IMG/VR virus record: IMGVR_UViG_3300028920_000040
Coordinates: 1 to 64,000 of that record
DNA length: 64,000 nucleotides
Direction: 5' to 3' (one strand)
Source: a virus
Of the stretch, positions 1 to 10,273 are shown piece after piece. Below the pieces are notes generated by a model. That model ran no database searches. It was not told the origin of the DNA and saw nothing but the letters and a program-made list of their open reading frames with translations. The first letter of the stretch is position 1; the number at the start of each line of letters is the position of its first letter. Both the position numbers and the translations under genes were made by a program.

Positions 1-1
1 C

Positions 2-3000
2 GATCCTGGTACTAGTACAGTTATTCTTTCTGGATCAGATGAACAAGAGATTCAAGTTGGAAGTCAATATTTTAATGATCTTATTATAGAAAATGAAACC
101 AGTGCTATTACTTTTAAAGACGGATTATCTGTAAGTGGAACATTATCTGCACATGCAGAAGACAGTAATATCAATATACTATTTGATCATTTAGAACCAC
201 ATTATATTAACGAGCTAGATTTTGGTGGTTCTAGTGCAAGTTATGTTATAATAAATTCGACAGTTTCTGGTAATCAATTCGATCTTTCTTCTACGGTTGA
301 TACTACTGTTTGTTATGTGGATGTACAAGATTCTAATTTAAGTGGAGTAACGGTTTCTGCTTATCATTCAATTGATAGTGGAAACAATTCACCTAATTGG
401 ATAATTTCTTCTGCTGGTATACCATCTAATATATCAAGACGGGAAGATGCAAATAATGCGGTAGATGCTTCATCTATTACCATTAATAAACCAACGGGAA
501 CGGTTAATGGTGATGTGATGATAGCTTTTATAGCATGGGAAGATGCTAGTAGAAGCGTTACAGCAGTTCCTAGTGGATGGACTGAAATTGGAGAAATTGA
601 TACTGGAACTTTTGGATATAGTTCGGTATGTAAAGCATACTGGAAAGCGGCTAGTGGTGAGGGAAGTAATTATACATGGTCATTAGATAGTTCAAATGAT
701 ATAAAAGGTAGTATTACTTCATATACTGGTGTTGATAATACTGATCCAATATTAACATCTGCAACATTAGTAAGACAATCCGGTTCGACAACATATACAC
801 CACCTGAAGTTAATATCCCATGTCCTAATGATACTTGGGTAACAATGGTTGATCTTTCTGATGGATTCAATAGTATAAGTGTAGATCACCCCGGATATTA
901 TCAAGTTTATGACGGATTTGGAAATGGTTGTTGTATAAATGTTACAGATACAAATGGAGATGTTACTGGATATACACCAAACAGTATGACTGCTAGTGTG
1001 TCTAAACCTTGGGCGGTATTTACAATAGCATTAAATCCAGGCGAAGTTCCAGAAGAATCAAGTTCTGAATCAAGTGAATCTAGTAGTTCTGAATCAAGCT
1101 CATCATCAGAGAGTTCAAGTTCAGAATCAAGCAGTTCATCTGAGTCTAGCAGTTCAGAGTCTAGTAGTTCTTCGGAATCATCTTCTAGTGAATCTAGTAG
1201 TTCATCCGAATCTAGTTCTTCTGAATCATCGTCAAGCTCTGAATCAAGCTCATCGGAGTCAAGCTCTTCTTCTGAATCATCTAGTTCGGAGTCGAGTTCG
1301 TCTTCTGAAAGTTCAAGTTCGGAATCAAGTAGTTCATCAGAGAGTTCAAGTTCAGAATCAAGCTCAAGTTCAGAGTCTAGTAGTTCATCTGAATCATCCA
1401 GTTCCGAATCAAGCTCATCTAGTGAATCTTCTTCTAGTGAGTCTAGCTCATCATCAGAGTCTAGTAGTTCATCAGAGTCTAGTTCAAGTGAATCATCATC
1501 CTCATCGGAAAGTTCTTCATCAGAGTCTAGCAGTTCGTCTGAATCGAGTTCAAGTGAATCATCATCTAGTTCAGAATCAAGCTCAAGTTCGGAAAGTTCT
1601 TCATCAGAATCAAGTAGTTCTTCTGAAAGTTCAAGCTCAGAATCAAGCTCAAGTTCGGAATCGAGTAGTTCGTCTGAATCATCTAGTAGTGAGTCTAGCT
1701 CATCATCAGAATCAAGCTCAAGTGAATCATCATCTAGTTCGGAATCATCTAGTAGTGAATCTAGTTCCTCGTCCGAGTCAAGCTCGTCTAGTGAATCATC
1801 ATCTAGTGAGTCCAGTTCTTCTTCTGAATCATCTAGTTCCGAATCAAGTTCATCGTCGGAATCGTCATCTAGTTCTGAATCAAGTTCAAGCGAATCGTCA
1901 TCTTCATCCGAGAGTTCATCATCTGAATCAAGCTCATCTTCGGAGTCTAGTTCTTCTGAGTCTAGCAGTTCTTCTGAATCATCTAGTTCCGAATCAAGTT
2001 CATCTTCTGAAAGTTCAAGTTCAGAATCAAGTAGCTCATCTGAATCATCAAGTTCAGAATCTAGTTCATCTAGTGAATCATCATCAAGTTCAGAATCTAG
2101 TTCATCTGAATCAAGTTCAAGTTCAGAATCAAGCAGTTCATCAGAGTCTAGTTCTTCTGAATCAAGCAGTTCTTCGGAGAGTTCAAGTTCAGAGTCTAGT
2201 AGTTCTTCGGAATCTTCTAGCTCTGAATCAAGCAGTTCATCAGAGTCTAGTTCGAGTGAATCTTCATCATCATCAGAGAGTTCATCATCAGAGTCAAGCT
2301 CATCGTCAGAGAGTTCATCTTCCGAATCAAGTTCAAGTTCTGAGTCTAGTTCAAGTTCGGAAAGTTCATCTTCCGAATCAAGTTCAAGTTCAGAGTCTAG
2401 TTCTTCATCAGAGTCTAGCTCAAGTGAATCTTCGTCTAGTTCTGAATCGTCTTCTAGTGAATCTAGTAGCTCATCCGAATCATCTTCAAGCGAGTCTAGT
2501 AGTTCAAGTGAATCATCTAGTTCTGAATCATCTAGTTCAGAGTCAAGCTCAAGTTCGGAATCAAGTTCATCAGAGTCTAGTTCTTCTAGCGAATCAAGCT
2601 CTAGTGAATCTTCTTCGTCATCAGAATCATCTAGTAGTGAATCTAGCAGTTCAGAATCAAGCAGTTCATCAGAGAGTTCTTCATCAGAGTCTAGTTCTAG
2701 TTCAGAATCATCTTCTAGTGAATCAAGTAGTTCATCGGAGTCTAGTTCTTCTGAGTCTAGTAGTTCGTCTGAAAGCTCATCTTCGGAGTCGAGTAGTTCG
2801 TCTGAATCTTCTTCAAGCTCTGAATCAAGCTCAAGCGAGTCTTCATCTTCATCAGAAAGTTCATCTTCGGAGTCTAGTAGTTCATCTGAATCTAGTAGCT
2901 CTGAATCAAGCAGTTCTTCTGAAAGTTCAAGTTCAGAGTCTAGTAGTTCATCAGAAAGTTCATCATCTGAATCATCATCTAGTTCAGAATCAAGCTCGTC

Positions 3001-5350
3001 TTCTGAAAGCTCATCTTCGGAATCTAGTTCTTCTAGTGAGTCTAGCTCATCTTCGGAATCAAGTAGTTCATCCGAATCTAGTTCTTCTGAGTCCAGTTCT
3101 TCATCAGAGAGTTCAAGTTCTGAGTCAAGTAGTTCGTCTGAGTCTAGTTCAAGTTCGGAAAGTTCATCTTCTGAATCAAGCAGTTCATCTGAATCTAGCT
3201 CAAGTGAATCGTCATCTTCATCAGAAAGCTCATCATCAGAGTCTAGTAGTTCTTCTGAGTCTAGTTCTTCTGAGTCATCGTCTAGTTCGGAATCATCTAG
3301 TAGTGAGTCGAGTTCGTCTAGCGAGTCAAGCTCAAGTGAATCATCGTCTTCATCGGAGTCTAGCTCATCATCGGAGTCTAGTAGTTCTGAATCAAGTTCA
3401 AGTTCTGAATCAAGTAGTTCATCAGAGTCTAGCAGTTCGGAGTCTAGTTCATCTTCTGAATCATCTAGTAGTGAATCTAGTAGCTCATCTGAAAGTTCAT
3501 CATCAGAATCAAGCTCAAGTTCAGAATCTAGTTCGTCTGAATCCAGCAGTTCGTCTGAAAGCTCAAATTCTGAATCATCTTCAAGCTCTGAATCGTCAAG
3601 TTCAGAGTCTAGTTCTTCATCAGAGTCAAGCAGTTCAAGTGAATCTAGTTCATCTGAATCAAGCTCATCATCAGAGTCTAGTAGTTCGTCTGAGTCTAGT
3701 TCTTCTGAATCAAGCTCATCGTCAGAGTCTAGTAGTTCGTCTGAAAGCTCGTCTTCTGAATCAAGCTCGTCTTCTGAATCAAGCAGTTCTTCGGAGAGTT
3801 CAAGTTCAGAATCAAGTTCAAGTTCTGAGTCTAGTTCATCGTCAGAGTCATCTAGTTCAGAATCAAGTTCATCAAGTGAATCATCTAGTAGTGAATCTAG
3901 CAGTTCAGAATCAAGCAGTTCATCAGAGAGTTCTTCATCAGAGTCTAGTTCTAGTTCAGAATCATCTTCTAGTGAATCAAGCAGTTCATCAGAGTCTAGT
4001 AGTTCAGAATCAAGCTCTAGTGAGTCTTCATCTAGTTCTGAGTCTAGTAGTAGTGAATCATCATCTAGTTCTGAATCAAGCTCATCCGAATCAAGCAGCT
4101 CAAGTGAATCTAGTAGTTCTGAATCTTCTAGTAGTGAATCAAGCTCATCGTCTGAATCGAGTTCAAGTGAGTCTAGTAGTTCTTCGAAATCTTCTAGTTC
4201 TGAATCAAGTAGTTCTAGTGAGTCTAGCTTAAGTGAGTCTAGTTCATCATCAGAAAGTTCAAGCTCTGAGTCTAGCTCAAGCGAATCAAGTTCTAGTTCA
4301 GAATCATCATCTAGTGAATCTAGTAGTTCTTCGGAATCATCTAGTTCAAAGTCTAGTAGTTCATCTGAAAGTTCATCATCAGAGTCAAGTAGTTCGGAAT
4401 CTAGTTCGTCGTCTGAATCTAGCTTATCAGAATCTTCGTCAAGTAGTGAATCGTCTTCAAGCGAATCAAGTTCTTCATCAGAGTCGAGTTCTTCTGAATC
4501 ATCTAGTAGCGAATCGAGCTCATCATCTGAGTCTTCTTTAAGCGAATCAAGTTCATCTTCGGAGAGTTCATCATCAGAGTCGAGTAGTTCGTCTGAATCA
4601 TCAAGTTCAGAGTCGAGCAGTTCATCGGAAAGCTCTTCTTCTGAGTCTAGTTCGTCTAGTGAATCGTCTTCAAGCGAATCAAGCAGTAGTTCAGAATCAA
4701 GTTCAAGTGAATCGAGTAGTTCGTCAGAGAGTTCAAGTTCAGAGTCTAGCTCATCAAGCGAATCAAGCTCATCAGAGTCAAGTAGTTCATCAGAGTCTAG
4801 TTCGAGTGAATCTAGTAGCTCAAGTGAATCATCTAGTAGTGAGTCTAGTTCTTCTTCTGAATCGTCATTGAGCGAATCATCATCTAGTTCTGAATCTTCT
4901 AGTAGCGAGTCTAGCAGTTCATCAGAAAGTTCAAGTTCAGAATCTAGTTCATCATCATTGTCAAGCTCAAGCGAGTCAAGTAGTTCCTCAGAATCATCAA
5001 GTAGTGAATCTTCTTCTAGTTCTGAATCAAGTAGTTCATCGGAAAGTTCTTCATCCGAATCGAGTTCTAGTTCGGAATCAAGCTCATCAGAGTCAAGCAG
5101 TTCATCGGAAAGTTCTTCATCCGAATCAAGCTCTAGTTCAGAATCGAGTTTAAGCTCATCATCAGAAAGTTCAAGTAGTGAGTCTAGTTCTTCAGTATCA
5201 AGCTCAAGTGAATCAAGTGAATCATCAGAAAGTTCAAGTAGTGAGTCTAGTAGTTCAGTATCAAGCTCAAGTGAATCAAGTGAATCATCAGAAAGTTCAA
5301 GTTCTTCTGTTGTAGTAACATTAAAAAATAGAATAATGATGTTATCATAA
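2..5350 (+). CDS. Giant Ser/Glu-repeat (mucin/SRRP-like) putative virion surface protein, 5'-truncated by window edge
   Basis: Frame 2 is open from position 2 (DPGTSTVILSGSDEQ...) through the GTG at 317, so the true start lies upstream. Beta-rich N-terminal domains are followed by about 1,400 aa of ESSS/ESSSS repeats and a short C-terminal tail VVVTLKNRIMMLS. Confidence 0.85.
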   Translation, partial: DPGTSTVILSGSDEQEIQVGSQYFNDLIIENETSAITFKDGLSVSGTLSAHAEDSNINILFDHLEPHYINELDFGGSSASYVIINSTVSGNQFDLSSTVDTTVCYVDVQDSNLSGVTVSAYHSIDSGNNSPNWIISSAGIPSNISRREDANNAVDASSITINKPTGTVNGDVMIAFIAWEDASRSVTAVPSGWTEIGEIDTGTFGYSSVCKAYWKAASGEGSNYTWSLDSSNDIKGSITSYTGVDNTDPILTSATLVRQSGSTTYTPPEVNIPCPNDTWVTMVDLSDGFNSISVDHPGYYQVYDGFGNGCCINVTDTNGDVTGYTPNSMTASVSKPWAVFTIALNPGEVPEESSSESSESSSSESSSSSESSSSESSSSSESSSSESSSSSESSSSESSSSSESSSSESSSSSESSSSESSSSSESSSSESSSSSESSSSESSSSSESSSSESSSSSESSSSSESSSSESSSSSESSSSESSSSSESSSSSESSSSESSSSSESSSSESSSSSESSSSESSSSSESSSSSESSSSESSSSSESSSSESSSSSESSSSSESSSSESSSSSESSSSESSSSSESSSSESSSSSESSSSSESSSSESSSSSESSSSESSSSSESSSSSESSSSESSSSSESSSSESSSSSESSSSESSSSSESSSSESSSSSESSSSESSSSSESSSSESSSSSESSSSSESSSSESSSSSESSSSSESSSSESSSSSESSSSESSSSSESSSSESSSSSESSSSESSSSSESSSSESSSSSESSSSESSSSSESSSSSESSSSESSSSSESSSSSESSSSESSSSSESSSSESSSSSESSSSESSSSSESSSSESSSSESSSSSESSSSESSSSSESSSSESSSSSESSSSESSSSESSSSSESSSSESSSSSESSSSESSSSSESSSSESSSSSESSSSESSSSSESSSSSESSSSESSSSSESSSSESSSSSESSSSESSSSSESSSSESSSSSESSSSESSSSSESSSSSESSSSESSSSSESSSSSESSSSSESSSSESSSSSESSSSESSSSSESSSSSESSSSESSSSSESSSSESSSSSESSSSESSSSSESSSSESSSSSESSSSESSSSSESSSSESSSSSESSSSSESSSSESSSSSESSSSSESSSSESSSSSESSSSESSSSSESSSSESSSSSESSSSESSSSSESSNSESSSSSESSSSESSSSSESSSSSESSSSESSSSSESSSSSESSSSESSSSSESSSSSESSSSESSSSSESSSSSESSSSESSSSSESSSSSESSSSESSSSSESSSSESSSSESSSSSESSSSESSSSSESSSSESSSSSESSSSESSSSESSSSSESSSSESSSSSESSSSESSSSSESSSSESSSSESSSSSESSSSESSSSSKSSSSESSSSSESSLSESSSSSESSSSESSSSESSSSSESSSSESSSSSESSSSKSSSSSESSSSESSSSESSSSSESSLSESSSSSESSSSESSSSSESSSSESSSSESSSSSESSLSESSSSSESSSSESSSSSESSSSESSSSSESSSSESSSSSESSSSESSSSSESSSSESSSSSESSSSESSSSSESSSSESSSSSESSSSESSSSSESSSSESSSSSESSLSESSSSSESSSSESSSSSESSSSESSSSSLSSSSESSSSSESSSSESSSSSESSSSSESSSSESSSSSESSSSESSSSSESSSSESSSSSESSLSSSSESSSSESSSSVSSSSESSESSESSSSESSSSVSSSSESSESSESSSSSVVVTLKNRIMMLS
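1055..5308 (+). repeat. Low-complexity coding repeat (ESSS/ESSSS)n, codon-diversified
   Basis: Translation is almost only Ser and Glu. The DNA mixes TCN/AGY and GAA/GAG codons. There is an exact ~104-nt duplication (2624-2727 vs 3878-3981) and a 63-nt near-tandem unit at 5158-5283. Confidence 0.95.
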
Positions 5351-5361
5351 ATAATATAAAA

Positions 5362-5390
5362 TTGACAAAGTATAAATAAAATATTATTTT
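5362..5390 (+). promoter_or_regulatory. sigma70-like promoter (TTGACA-N17-TATTTT) with an embedded T4 late promoter TATAAATA (5371-5378)
   Basis: Sequence ttgacaaagtataaataaaatattatttt lies upstream of RBS AAGGAG and ATG 5423. A near-identical copy is at 61023-61051. Confidence 0.65.
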
Positions 5391-5422
5391 AATATGTTAT
5401 ATAAATTGAAAAAGGAGTTTAT

Positions 5423-7129
5423 ATGGAAAGTGAATTGACTTTTAGTACATTTGACAAGATACCTATTCCATTTGAAAAACATTATAAAAATAAATCCTGT
5501 TTTTTAATTTTATCAGGACCTTCATTAAATAAACACGACTTGACGCAATTAAAACAGCCAGGTATAATTACATTTGGTGTAAACAATTCTGTAAAAACAT
5601 TTAGACCTAATTTATGGTCGTGTGTAGACCATCCGTCTAGATTTATGATTAGTATTTGGAAGGACCCAAATATTACTAAATTTGTTCCTTTTTTTAAATC
5701 CAAATCAAATCTTTTTGATAATGCTAATTGGAAACATACTGATTTAAGAGTTATGGATTGTCCCAATGTAATTTATTATCATCGAAACGAACATTTTAAT
5801 GCCGATACATATTTAACAGAAAAAACGGTCAATTGGGGAAATCATAAAAAATATGGTGGAGGCCGTAGTATAATGTTGGCCGCAATAAAAATATGTTATT
5901 TATTGGGATTTAAAAACGTATTTTTACTTGGATGTGATTTTAAAATGGTCGAAGGACAACAAAATTATTCTTGGAATCAAGATAGACATCCAGGCTCAAT
6001 TAAAGGTAATAATAGTACTTATAATAAATTAATAGAAAGATATAAACAGTTACAACCAATTTTTGAGAAAAACGATTTTCATGTTTATAATTGTAATCCC
6101 GATTCACAACTTAAGGTATTTTCTTTTATAGACTATAGTGAAGCCATTTCATTATCTTTAAATGAATTCCCAGATGTTACAACTGAAAAGGCAGAAGGAA
6201 TGTATAATAGGTTTGATGAAGAAAATAGTAAGAAAAAAGAGAAAAAGAAAACAGAAAAGATAGAAAAAGCAATTAAAAAAATTAAGAAAAATGAAAAACC
6301 AATTAGTGGTTCCTGTGGAGTTATTTATTATAATGTGGGCAGAGGAGCAATAGTAAGACTTGCAGTTTCTCTTTCTACATGTGTAAATTATTATCCTAAA
6401 GATAAAATTACAATTTTATCAGACTATGAAGGCTATGATGATTGTAAGAAAATTGCAAATCATTTTGGTGTTAATATAAAAATTATTGAGTTGGAAAAAC
6501 TTAACAGAAAACAAATTCTTTTAAATAAATGTCTAGCTCATAATTATACACCTTATGATAATACAATATTCATCGATTCTGATACAATTATTTTGGGAAA
6601 ATTTGACGAACTTCACGATGAAGCTGACAGAAATGAATTTGTAGTTACACAATTTTCTGATTGGACAACTAAAAGAAGTGTAATTAAAAAGAGAATAAAA
6701 GAATGGAAAGAAATATTTCCTGAGATGATAAAAGAAGCACTTGAGGAAAGACCTTCAGTTAATGTTGGTGTATTTGCTTTTCGTAAAGATAGTGAATTTA
6801 TGAATGCTTGGTTTGACTATGCTAAACATGGTACTCATATGTTTATACCGGACGAACAATGTTGTCACTTATTATTACCAAAATATAAGAATAGTATAGT
6901 ATCTAATGATTATAATACTAGTTGTAAATATGATAAGGTTAAAGATACAACTAAGATACTTCACTTTCATGGAAAAAAACATTGTAGATTGGACGCTAAT
7001 AAAAATTATATAAATAACAGCGATAAATGGTATGCGGAATTTGATAAGATTAGCGAATTAGATTTCGTTAAAAATAACATTGAATTTGATAAACAACTGA
7101 GAAAACATTTACCAGAAAGAGCCATATGA
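5423..7129 (+). CDS. Two-domain glycosyltransferase: N-terminal Maf/DUF115/GT42-like + C-terminal GT8-like GT-A
   Basis: N-terminal motifs ILSGPSL, FGVNN, VFLLGCDF, VYNCNPDS. C-terminal motifs IFIDSD (DxD), NVGVF, DEQ, ILHFHG. Lys/Glu linker between them. Confidence 0.75.
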   Translation: MESELTFSTFDKIPIPFEKHYKNKSCFLILSGPSLNKHDLTQLKQPGIITFGVNNSVKTFRPNLWSCVDHPSRFMISIWKDPNITKFVPFFKSKSNLFDNANWKHTDLRVMDCPNVIYYHRNEHFNADTYLTEKTVNWGNHKKYGGGRSIMLAAIKICYLLGFKNVFLLGCDFKMVEGQQNYSWNQDRHPGSIKGNNSTYNKLIERYKQLQPIFEKNDFHVYNCNPDSQLKVFSFIDYSEAISLSLNEFPDVTTEKAEGMYNRFDEENSKKKEKKKTEKIEKAIKKIKKNEKPISGSCGVIYYNVGRGAIVRLAVSLSTCVNYYPKDKITILSDYEGYDDCKKIANHFGVNIKIIELEKLNRKQILLNKCLAHNYTPYDNTIFIDSDTIILGKFDELHDEADRNEFVVTQFSDWTTKRSVIKKRIKEWKEIFPEMIKEALEERPSVNVGVFAFRKDSEFMNAWFDYAKHGTHMFIPDEQCCHLLLPKYKNSIVSNDYNTSCKYDKVKDTTKILHFHGKKHCRLDANKNYINNSDKWYAEFDKISELDFVKNNIEFDKQLRKHLPERAI

Positions 7130-8661
7130 GAAGAAGAAGTTTTACAATAGTCACATCATGTACTCCGGAATATTTAACAAAACTAAAATGGACTATTCCA
7201 ACTTGGAATTTGAAACCCCAGTTTAGAGGAAAGAAATTAATATTATTTCATCATGGGTTTGATAATTTATCTGATTTAGATTTTGTTAAGAACTATTTTG
7301 ATACTAAGTTGATTGAATGGGATATGCCGGAGTATAGTAATGATAGAGAGCTAATGCTTTCGTCTTTTATTTTTGGTTCGGCTAAGCATGTTAAAACTCC
7401 TTATTTTGTAAAGATTGATGTAGATGCTTTTTTTACCACGCCTGATGATGTTTTTGGAAGAAAGGATTTCAGATGTGATGTTGTTGGACATTCGTGGAAA
7501 TATACTAAACCGGGTTATTGGATAAATGATTTAGATAAGTATTACTCCGGACAAGATACAGGCAAGTATGGCAGAACATATCGACATCGCCGCCTCGCCA
7601 GTTTTGGTTGTTTACATAAAACTGAATTTGTTCAGATGTTAGCAAATAAGTTTGGTAACAGACTTCCAGTTCCAAGTCATGATACGGTTGTTTGGTATTT
7701 TGCTGATAAGATGCCAGATAGGAAATGGGGCAGTAAAAAAATTAAAAGAAAGGGATTTACCAATTCTTCAAGGATGGGAAAAATTAAACAACAAGTGTGT
7801 GATACAATTAATGCTTATCCAGATTTCTTTAAAAACAACTTACCAGATTATATTCGACAAGAATTTAACAAAAGAAATTATCCTCAAACAATGATAAAAC
7901 CAGAACTTCCATCAATAGAGATTTGTTATTTTTGTCATAATTTTCAAAGAAGGTTAAATTGGGTTTTATCAAGTATAGTCGAACAGGTCGGTGAAGTGCC
8001 TGATATCATTATTAATATTGCATCATTAGAAAATAATGGTTTACCAACAACAGAAGATTTAGTTAAATATTATTCTGATAATTATGGATTGGTCTTTAAT
8101 CATATTATTTTTAAGGAAAAAAATCAAATAAATTTAAGGGGAATAATTAGAAATATTCAAATAGAAAAATCTAAATGTGATTGGTTACATTTTGCTGATG
8201 CTGATCATTTGTTTCATCCAACATTTTTTAGTGAATTGGGAAAGGTACTAAGGAGTGGAGAGAAAGACGATGGCATCCTTTTTTCTTCCAATAAGATCAC
8301 AACAGATATTGAAGCAACTAATAAAGTCTTTGAGGATAAGGATAAAGCATACTTTCAAGAGAATGTTTTCGATGTTAGTTTCCAAATCCCAATGATTAGG
8401 CATCGGGTTAAAAAGGTTGCTGGTGGTAATATGCAAATTGTCAGTAGAAAAATTATTAATGAGAAGTGTGGTGGAAAATATGTAGACCCATCAGCGAATA
8501 GAGATAGAGGATATTTTTCAAGAAGAGGCGGTACAGCCAGAAGTGATAAACAGTTTAGGAGAATCATCGCAAATCAATATCGTTTGAGATTGCCTACTGT
8601 TATCAACTTGAATCATTATAGAGATAAGGAAGTCGGTCATCATTTGGAAGAACAGCGGTAA
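7126..8661 (+). CDS. Tandem two-domain GT-A (GT2-like) glycosyltransferase
   Basis: Two DxD-type motifs (VKIDVDAFF; LHFADADHLF), each after a Rossmann-like strand. Start overlaps the upstream stop (ATGA). Confidence 0.7.
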   Translation: MRRRSFTIVTSCTPEYLTKLKWTIPTWNLKPQFRGKKLILFHHGFDNLSDLDFVKNYFDTKLIEWDMPEYSNDRELMLSSFIFGSAKHVKTPYFVKIDVDAFFTTPDDVFGRKDFRCDVVGHSWKYTKPGYWINDLDKYYSGQDTGKYGRTYRHRRLASFGCLHKTEFVQMLANKFGNRLPVPSHDTVVWYFADKMPDRKWGSKKIKRKGFTNSSRMGKIKQQVCDTINAYPDFFKNNLPDYIRQEFNKRNYPQTMIKPELPSIEICYFCHNFQRRLNWVLSSIVEQVGEVPDIIINIASLENNGLPTTEDLVKYYSDNYGLVFNHIIFKEKNQINLRGIIRNIQIEKSKCDWLHFADADHLFHPTFFSELGKVLRSGEKDDGILFSSNKITTDIEATNKVFEDKDKAYFQENVFDVSFQIPMIRHRVKKVAGGNMQIVSRKIINEKCGGKYVDPSANRDRGYFSRRGGTARSDKQFRRIIANQYRLRLPTVINLNHYRDKEVGHHLEEQR

Positions 8662-8706
8662 AACTGTAATAAACTGATTGAAAGCCCGCTTAATAGGAGT
8701 ATAGTA

Positions 8707-9345
8707 ATGAGAGTTAATTATTTTGATTTAGGTTTATATACTGCAGTCGAACTAGATTGGATGGTAAATAGTATCCTGCCTTCAATTGGTGTATTGGATT
8801 TTAGAGCCTATGGATTTGAAGCAAATCCAACAATATACCAAAAAGATGTTCAGAAATTTAAATCACATGATAAAGTTGAAATTTTTAATCTTGCAATTTG
8901 TCGGCAAAACACTAAAATCAATTTTTACCTTTCAGACAACCCAGTAAGTCATTCTATTTATTCAACAAAAAAGAATGTTGATGCCAATAAATTTATTGAA
9001 GTTCAAGGTGTAGTTTTTTCTGATTGGATTAAGGAAAATGTCCCAACTTTTAAAAAAGACTTTAACATAATTAAAGCCAATATAGAAGGTGCTGAATGGG
9101 ATTTAATGAATGACTTAAATGATAATGATATGATAAAAAACATTCAAATTTTTTGTGGTCAGTTCAAAGATGTTAAGAAAGTTAAAGAACTCAGAGGCAA
9201 TTTGCGAACATATAGAAATTTTTTCAAAGAAAACAACATTCGAATTGAAAGATTTGCTTCCCATCGTAGACGTAAAAATGCAGACATGAGTTCGATTATA
9301 AAAGAAAAACTTAAAAGTTTTGGCAAAAATAGTTATGAAAAATAA
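8707..9345 (+). CDS. FkbM-family SAM-dependent methyltransferase
   Basis: Motifs YFDLG, AYGFEANP, IIKANIEGAEW (KxDIEGAE-like). RBS AGGAG. Confidence 0.75.
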   Translation: MRVNYFDLGLYTAVELDWMVNSILPSIGVLDFRAYGFEANPTIYQKDVQKFKSHDKVEIFNLAICRQNTKINFYLSDNPVSHSIYSTKKNVDANKFIEVQGVVFSDWIKENVPTFKKDFNIIKANIEGAEWDLMNDLNDNDMIKNIQIFCGQFKDVKKVKELRGNLRTYRNFFKENNIRIERFASHRRRKNADMSSIIKEKLKSFGKNSYEK

Positions 9346-10273
9346 AGGATGCATATTAATTCCAGATTTTAGTGTTTATTGTTTAAATCCCGGAACACTT
9401 TATTGTAGATATGGCGCATATATTCCACTATTTCAACTAATAGAAAAAAATTTGGGATTCAAAAGCATTGTATTAAAAGAAAATAATTTTGAAGAATTAT
9501 ATGATTATGATGTTATCATAACTTTTACATTTCCTTGTAGAGTTAGTTATTCTTTTGAAAAAAATATTTATAAACTTTCTAAGGATGTTAAGATTATTGG
9601 ATATTTTACGGATTTGTTTAATTCTTTGCGTAGAAGAAAATCAAGGTTTAATATTTTAATGGAAAGATGTGATAAAATAGTATATACATATGATGAAGCT
9701 TTTAAAAATAGGTGGCCACAATTTATTGAAAAGGCTGAGTGGGTGCCACAGTTTTTAAGTCTTTCAGATTATGTAAAAAACTTAAAAATAAATGAGAACC
9801 CGATAAATAAGTGTCTTGTATCGGGTCGTACTCGGAGGCGCCACTATCCATTAAGGTCTTTTGTTTCTAAACATTTACGTCAAAATGATAATATAGATTT
9901 TTTAAAACATCCTAAATATATTAAAAATGAAGCTTTGATTAAATATGATTACTTAAATTTTTTACACAAATATCGTTGTTGTTTGTCTAGTTGTTCTGCT
10001 TTTAAATGTGTTGTCCGAAAAAATTTTGAAATACCTTCCACTGGTTCTATTCTATTATCTGACACTTGTGAGGATATGAAGAAATTAGGATTCATTCCAT
10101 CTGTTAATTATGTAGATGTAAATAAAGAAAACTTTGAAAAAAAGGTTAGGGATATATTGAATCATCCAGAAGATTATGAACACATAAGAGAAAATGGAAG
10201 GAAATTTGTTTTGGAGAACCATACAGAGTATCATAGGTTTGAACAGTTAAAAAGGATAATTGAAGAATTATGA
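9335..10273 (+). CDS. GT-B glycosyltransferase (Glyco_trans_1_2/CgeB-like)
   Basis: C-terminal RKNFEIPSTGSILL and IRENGRKFVLENHTEYHRFEQL signature. ATG 9335 preferred over TTG 9320. Confidence 0.75.
   Translation: MKNKGCILIPDFSVYCLNPGTLYCRYGAYIPLFQLIEKNLGFKSIVLKENNFEELYDYDVIITFTFPCRVSYSFEKNIYKLSKDVKIIGYFTDLFNSLRRRKSRFNILMERCDKIVYTYDEAFKNRWPQFIEKAEWVPQFLSLSDYVKNLKINENPINKCLVSGRTRRRHYPLRSFVSKHLRQNDNIDFLKHPKYIKNEALIKYDYLNFLHKYRCCLSSCSAFKCVVRKNFEIPSTGSILLSDTCEDMKKLGFIPSVNYVDVNKENFEKKVRDILNHPEDYEHIRENGRKFVLENHTEYHRFEQLKRIIEEL

Noticed and set aside
1074-4871. Long overlapping + strand ORFs (1052 aa, 102 aa, 70 aa) in the +1 frame of the Ser/Glu repeat
   Set aside because: Artefact: shifting TCN/AGY/GAR codons by +1 gives triplets starting with C, G or A, so stops cannot occur except after rare Leu codons. 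No RBS.
1055-5308. Possible CRISPR array or DNA satellite
   Set aside because: No constant repeat with unique spacers. Periodicity is explained by in-frame protein coding.
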